Made by a program: the position numbers and the translations under genes. Shown piece by piece: positions 58,899-64,000 of a stretch of DNA of 64,000 nucleotides. The stretch is from Emiliania huxleyi CCMP1516 (Eukaryota), in NCBI RefSeq assembly GCF_000372725.1, contig NW_005201792.1, forward strand, positions 437,440-501,439. The letters are read 5' to 3'. How positions within the stretch are numbered: position 1 is the first letter of the stretch; each line of letters starts with the position of its first letter. A model generated the notes under the pieces. The model was given only the letters and a program-made list of their open reading frames with translations. It had not been told where the DNA came from and made no database searches.

Positions 58899-61800
58899 AT
58901 GGTATATGGCGGCGGCGGCGGCGGCTCGCCCTTCCCTCCGGCCGCAATTCCGATCCCGCCGCGCTCGCGGGAGTTGGCGCGCCCACCGCGGCACGGCGTG
59001 GCTGCGCATACTGCATACACCTTACGCCCTTTCTCCTCAACGGCTATCCGTGCTTGCTGTGCCCCTGCGTGGTGTGTTTCAAGTTCTTACAACCCAAGGT
59101 GATAGAGGGCAAAAAGATCGATTGCGCTCTTGCCGATCCGCACCTACCTAGGCTCTTGGACGGCGCGCCCCAGCTCTTCACACAACGAACCTGAACCTGG
59201 TTGTGCCTACCCACGGTGGTTGGCGGCTTGCCGACTTCTCATGCAAACCGCCGGCTCGTACTCCTACGAGCTCGCCGAGTACAGCCGCGCCGTACCCGTC
59301 ACCTACGCGCCGACCTTTGAGCGCCGCGGTGCGCCCGGCGCCTGGACCCAGCTGGTCCACACCTTCCTTCGTCGGACGGTGGCACGGTACGACCGCTCGG
59401 CCCTGTCGGCGCTGGGTGCACGGTGGTGCGTCTTCGACGGACTGCGCAGCTCCGGCGAGGCAGTGCCAGACGAGTCGGCGCGCTGCAGCGGCAGCGCAGA
59501 GGACAGGCTCGAGCCAGGCGTGCTGGAGGCGCGGCTGATTGCGGCGTGGGAGGCGGCGGCAGCGGAGGACCCGCACGCGCTGTCGCCCGGTTTCGACGAC
59601 GTGCTCCTCCTCGCGCTCGAGACCAGCTCGGGTGTGATCGCGTGGGGCGAGCAGCGCCTCTACTGGTACTCCTCCCCTCCAAAGTACCTCTCGATCTCGC
59701 GCCACCACAAGCACGTCGGCAAGCAGTCCTCGCGAGCGGAGGTCGACGGCAAGCGAGCCGTGTCTGGCTCGCTGCGCATGCTGGCGTACGACGGCGCCCA
59801 CCCGTCGTGGGCGGCGAAGGCGGCGCAGGCTCACCCTCCTCCCGCACTGCTCAAGACGGAGCCCTGCAAGAGGCGCTTTCTCTCCGAGGTGCCACCCTCC
59901 CACCCTCGCTCGTGCTACCCTCATCTCCCGCCACCCCTCGCCTCCTGCTGCCGCGGCCGCCTCCTCTTGCCTCCTGCGGGCTCGTGGCCTGTCTGTCAGC
60001 CCCCCCCCCCCCCCNNNNNNNNNNNNNNNNNNNNNNNNNNNNNNNNNNNNNNNNNNNNNNNNNNNNNNNNNNNNNNNNNNNNNNNNNNNNNNNNNNNNNN
60101 NNNNNNNNNNNNNNAGAGCCCCCCCCCCCCCCCCCCCGGCGCAGGTCCGCTTCAGGATCGACCCGCAGTGGTTCCTCGTCCAGCAGCGGCTCGCCGCCCT
60201 CTAGCAGCGGCCGGCTCTCTGAGCCTTCTCGGAGCCGTCCTGCAGGTTCGTCGTCGTGGAGGAGATGCCCGAGCCGGGGCAGGTCGCCCTCGCCGAGCGG
60301 CTGCCCTTCCGCTCGGCGCGCGGCCGGACCGACGAGATGGAGGGCGCGAGGCTGGCGGCGTTGCTCAATGCGAGCTGCGAGCTACTCTCGGCTTCGATGG
60401 CCGCGAGCAGCGCCGTTGGCTCAGACGGCCCCTCGTCTCCCTCCGGGCACGCCTCCCGCCGCCTCGACGCCTCGACGCCGCGCGTGCCCGCCTCGCCGAT
60501 CGCAGCGACCGCCGCTTCTCCGTCCGACAAGGGTGCGAGGCCACCCGAGATCAACCGAGGCCACCCGAGATCACCCGAGATCACGCGAGATCACGCGAGA
60601 TTCGCCTCGCCATCCGCGATCGCGGGGGGGCCGCCGCCACACAGAGAGGCGAGTCCGCCAGTAGGCTCGTCGCTCCGCCAGCGCCTCTCCCGCGCCTCTC
60701 GCGACGGCGAGCCTTCCGCACGGGCCGAGGCGGCTAGCCGCCGCAGCTTTGGCGACGGGCCGCAGCCCTTCGGCCACCGCCCAGTCTCGTGCTATCTCCC
60801 CTCGTGCCCTCTCGTGGCCGCTTGATCTCGCCGGATCGCTGTGCACAGGCCTCGACCGCGAGTCGGAGCTCTTCGGCGCCGACGGCGCCGCCGCCGCCTC
60901 CGGCGCCGCCGAGCCGCCGCGCAGAGAGACGCGTCCGGCGCCGCCGCGAGAGGACGAGGGGCGGCCCACCTCTAGGCGTTGCGGAGTCTGTCTGGCGCAC
61001 CGCGCCGGAGCCGCAGCGCGGAGGCACGATCGACAACGAGGCCGCGACGCTCCGCCTCGGCCTCTCCTCCCTCTTCTCCGCCGTCGTTTCCCTCCCGGCC
61101 GCCGCGGCGCGCCGCATCTTCGGCGGTGGCGGCGCGGCCGGCGACGACGGGTGGGAGAGGGCGGCGGTGGAGGCGGCCGAGGCGGCGGAGCTGAAGGCGT
61201 CGGACGAGACGCACACCGCGGGGGACGGCACTACCGTCAGCGCGAGCCGCGGCCGCATGCGTGGCCGAGGGCCGAAGACGGCGGCGGAGGAGTACGACAT
61301 TGTGGTTCGGCCTCGCCGTCTCGCCGCCCACCTCGCGCGGGCGCGGCTGCACGGCGCGGCGGCGCGGCTGCTCGACCCAGCGGGCGGCCCGTGCCAGTGG
61401 CGCCTCCCCTGCATTCTCGGAGCCTTCGCGTAGGCGCGGCTCCTCGACCCGGCGGGGGAGCCGTACCAGTGGTGGGCTCCGCTGGACGCGCCGCCGCCCC
61501 TCGGCCTCAAGTACCCGCTCGGCGTCCTCGCTGTGAACAGCGTCTCTTCACACCTGCAGCTGTGAACAGGCCTCAAGTACCAGCTCGGCGTCGGCGTCAC
61601 CCTCTACCTCAAGCTCCTCTCCTACCTCGCCCGCGGGTTCGCCCTCGCCGCCGTCATCGCCGTGCCGCACGTCGCCGCGAACTGGCGCGGCGGCGAGCTC
61701 TCCTCGATCGGCTTCGCTTCTGTGGACGTCAAGTTCTCGCTCGGCAACCGCAAGCCGTTCGACGTCGAGGTGTGAGCAGTCTCTGGCGCCCTCCAGTGTC

Positions 61801-64000
61801 CTCGGAGGAGCGGAGCACTCGATCGCCCCGTGCGCGACTCAGGTGTGGCCCTCGGGCATCCTCGACCTCCTCTTCTCCTGCCTGCTGATGGTCGTCTTCC
61901 TGCAGCTCAAGCGGCAGGCGACCGCTCTCGCGTCATCTCGGGCAATCTCGGCTGATCTCGGCTGATCTCAGCTCGAGCTGCAGGCGACCGCCCTCGCGCG
62001 CGACGTCGACGAGGGCACCATCACGCCCGCCGACTACACCCTCCTGCTCACGGGCGTGCCTCGCCACCTCGGCGCGCGCGGCGAGGCCGCCCTCGGCACC
62101 GACGACCACGAGGCGGGCCGCGTGTACAGGTGGTCGTACAGCACCGGCGCCACTCCACGCCTCGCGGTGAAGAGCGCGCCTTCACACACCCTCCACCTGT
62201 GTGCAGCGACTTCTTCCGGAGAGTGTGCGCGCGGACGCCCGCGCCAAAGCCGCCGCCCCCCGCCGCGGGGTCGCTGCGCTGGTGGCTGTCGCTGGGCTGG
62301 CTCGGGCACCCGACACAGCGCCGCTCTCGGCCGAGCCGCGCCTCGTTCGGTGGTCTGTGAGAGCGGCTGCGCTGCCGTAGGCTCGACCTGACCCAGCTCG
62401 CCACCGAGACGACCGTGCTGCCGCCGCCGCTCGACGACACCGTGTCGGAGCTCGTGTTTGTGCGCGGGAGCGCCGCGTGGCTCGACACGACCAACGAGCT
62501 GCTCGACGCGCGCAAGCGGCTGCGCGCGCTCGTCCGCCCCGCCGGCCGCGCGCTCAGTGCAGAGACCGCCGCCGCGGCATTCTCCAAGAGCGGCAAGGGG
62601 CCAAAGGTTGGGACGGCGCCGCCGCAGCCCGGCGACCCCGCGCCGCCCTCGCCGCTCGGGCGCTTCTCGCAGCGCCTCTCGACCGCCTTCAGACCGGAGG
62701 GCGACACCACTCCCATCTCACCTCGCTCGGCCCGCGAGAGCGAGGCGCACCGCTCGCACGTGGCCGCCCTCCGCAAGCGAGATCTAGCCGAGATCTAGCC
62801 GAGATCTAGCCGAGATCTCGCCCTCCACACGCGCGTCTCCGCAGCCGCGCCAGGGAGTGCGCACGCCGAGGCCCGCCGAGAGGAGGCTGCGACGGGCCGT
62901 CCGTAGGCACGTCGAGGGGCTGCGCGAGGAGCTCGAGCGCGCCGCGAAGTCGGCGGGCACCTCGGCGGGCGAGGTGCGCGCGGTCCTCGTCTCGTTCAAC
63001 TCGGTGGGGGCGATGGAGAAGGTGAAGACTGAGCTGAAGCCCTCCGCGCCGCTCCTCTGGCTCCGCAACGCGTGGCCGCTCGCGGCTTTCGTCGGCACCG
63101 CGCCGCAGCTCGAGTACCCCGACCCATCCTCGCCGCGCCGCACCCTGCGCTGCACGCTGTCGGTGCGCACCGCCGCCGAGCCGTCGGACCTCATCTGGCC
63201 GTCGCTCGCGCGCACGGGCACCGAGCGGGCGGGGCGCGTCGCCGTGTCGTGGCTTATCATGTCCGCCGCCGTGCTGCTCGCCATGAGCCTCGCCGTCCGG
63301 CTCACGACCATCTGGGGGCTGCCTGCGCCGGCGCCGTCCTTCACACACACGTTCCAGCCCTGCCTCGACGTGCACTACCTCGACAGCTACTGGAGCGAGA
63401 CGTTCGGCTCCGGCCCCTCGGGCTGCGGCCTGCGGCGCGACGGCACCGAGCCAAACATGACCGTCGGGGCGGACGGGAAGAGGCACGAGTCCAACTTTGG
63501 AAAGGGGTGTGGCGGCGACCCGAGCTGCATCCTGCACTCGATCCTCGTCAACGCCTCGTGCGCCCCGAACGCCCAGTCTGCGCCGCCCGCCGAGCGGGAC
63601 GCGATGTTCGACCTCTCTCCCGCGCCGCGCTGGCTCGACGTGCCCGACGCACGCGTGGTTGCGAACTGGTACCCCTCGCAGAGCGGCAAGCGCGGCAGCC
63701 GCCCTCGCGGCAAGCGCGGCTTGCTGGAGGCGGCGGGGCAGTCCGAGGCGGAGGAGGGGCGCGGGGAGTGGACGTCCGAGGAGGGCCCGGGGAGGCTGCT
63801 CGCGGACGACCTGGAGCAGGAGCTGGTCGAGGTGACGAAGCCGAGGACGAGCGCCTGGTGGGCCTTCTGGGAGGTCGCGCCCGCGCCGACCGGCCAGACG
63901 GGCGCCTTCAACGTCTCCGACGCCAACGGCACGTTTTACCCAAAGTGCGACTTCCTGCGGCAGCGCGGCCCGCAGGGAGGCTACCTCGTGCCGATCGGCG
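58899..64000 (+). CDS. OSCA/TMEM63 (CSC1)-like channel with long N-terminal region, multi-exon; runs off the window
   Basis: LGVGVTLYLKLL, DEGTITPADYTLLLTGVP, VLVSFN, VRTAAEPSDLIWPSL. The start, and the join across the 60015-60114 gap, are uncertain. Confidence 0.7.

Overview
GC-rich, intron-containing eukaryotic nuclear DNA with three N-gaps. The composition, frequent GC-AG introns, 10-11 bp intronic tandem repeats and gene content suggest a haptophyte such as Emiliania/Gephyrocapsa huxleyi; this is an inference. About 25 genes or gene fragments are present. DNA repair: a PBZ-finger DNA 3'-phosphatase (PNKP-like) and an ExoIII/APE2-like AP endonuclease with a PIP box. Enzymes and transport: two 2OG-Fe(II) oxygenases, lycopene beta-cyclase, a tandem URC1/GTP-cyclohydrolase-II-like fusion, an NTT-like transporter, a secreted modular metzincin, a GT61 and an OSCA/TMEM63-like channel. 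Organelle and RNA factors: nucleus-encoded mitochondrial uS4, Pet100, a Tim17-family protein, RPAP1, RBM42, RluD and an OPR-RAP protein. Intergenic DNA holds MITEs and truncated retroposon ends. Main unexplained signals: (i) introns whose 5' ends are decayed copies of the downstream exon; (ii) a fixed-spacing hairpin at the 3' end of introns in unrelated genes; (iii) a pseudoenzyme-enzyme URC1 fusion lacking all three Zn cysteines in domain 1; (iv) a ~27-bp motif shared upstream of both base-excision-repair genes; (v) a possible TMEM237-TMEM138 fusion; (vi) an unrecognised 8-Cys module in ABBA order. Family calls come from motif recognition only; no searches were run.
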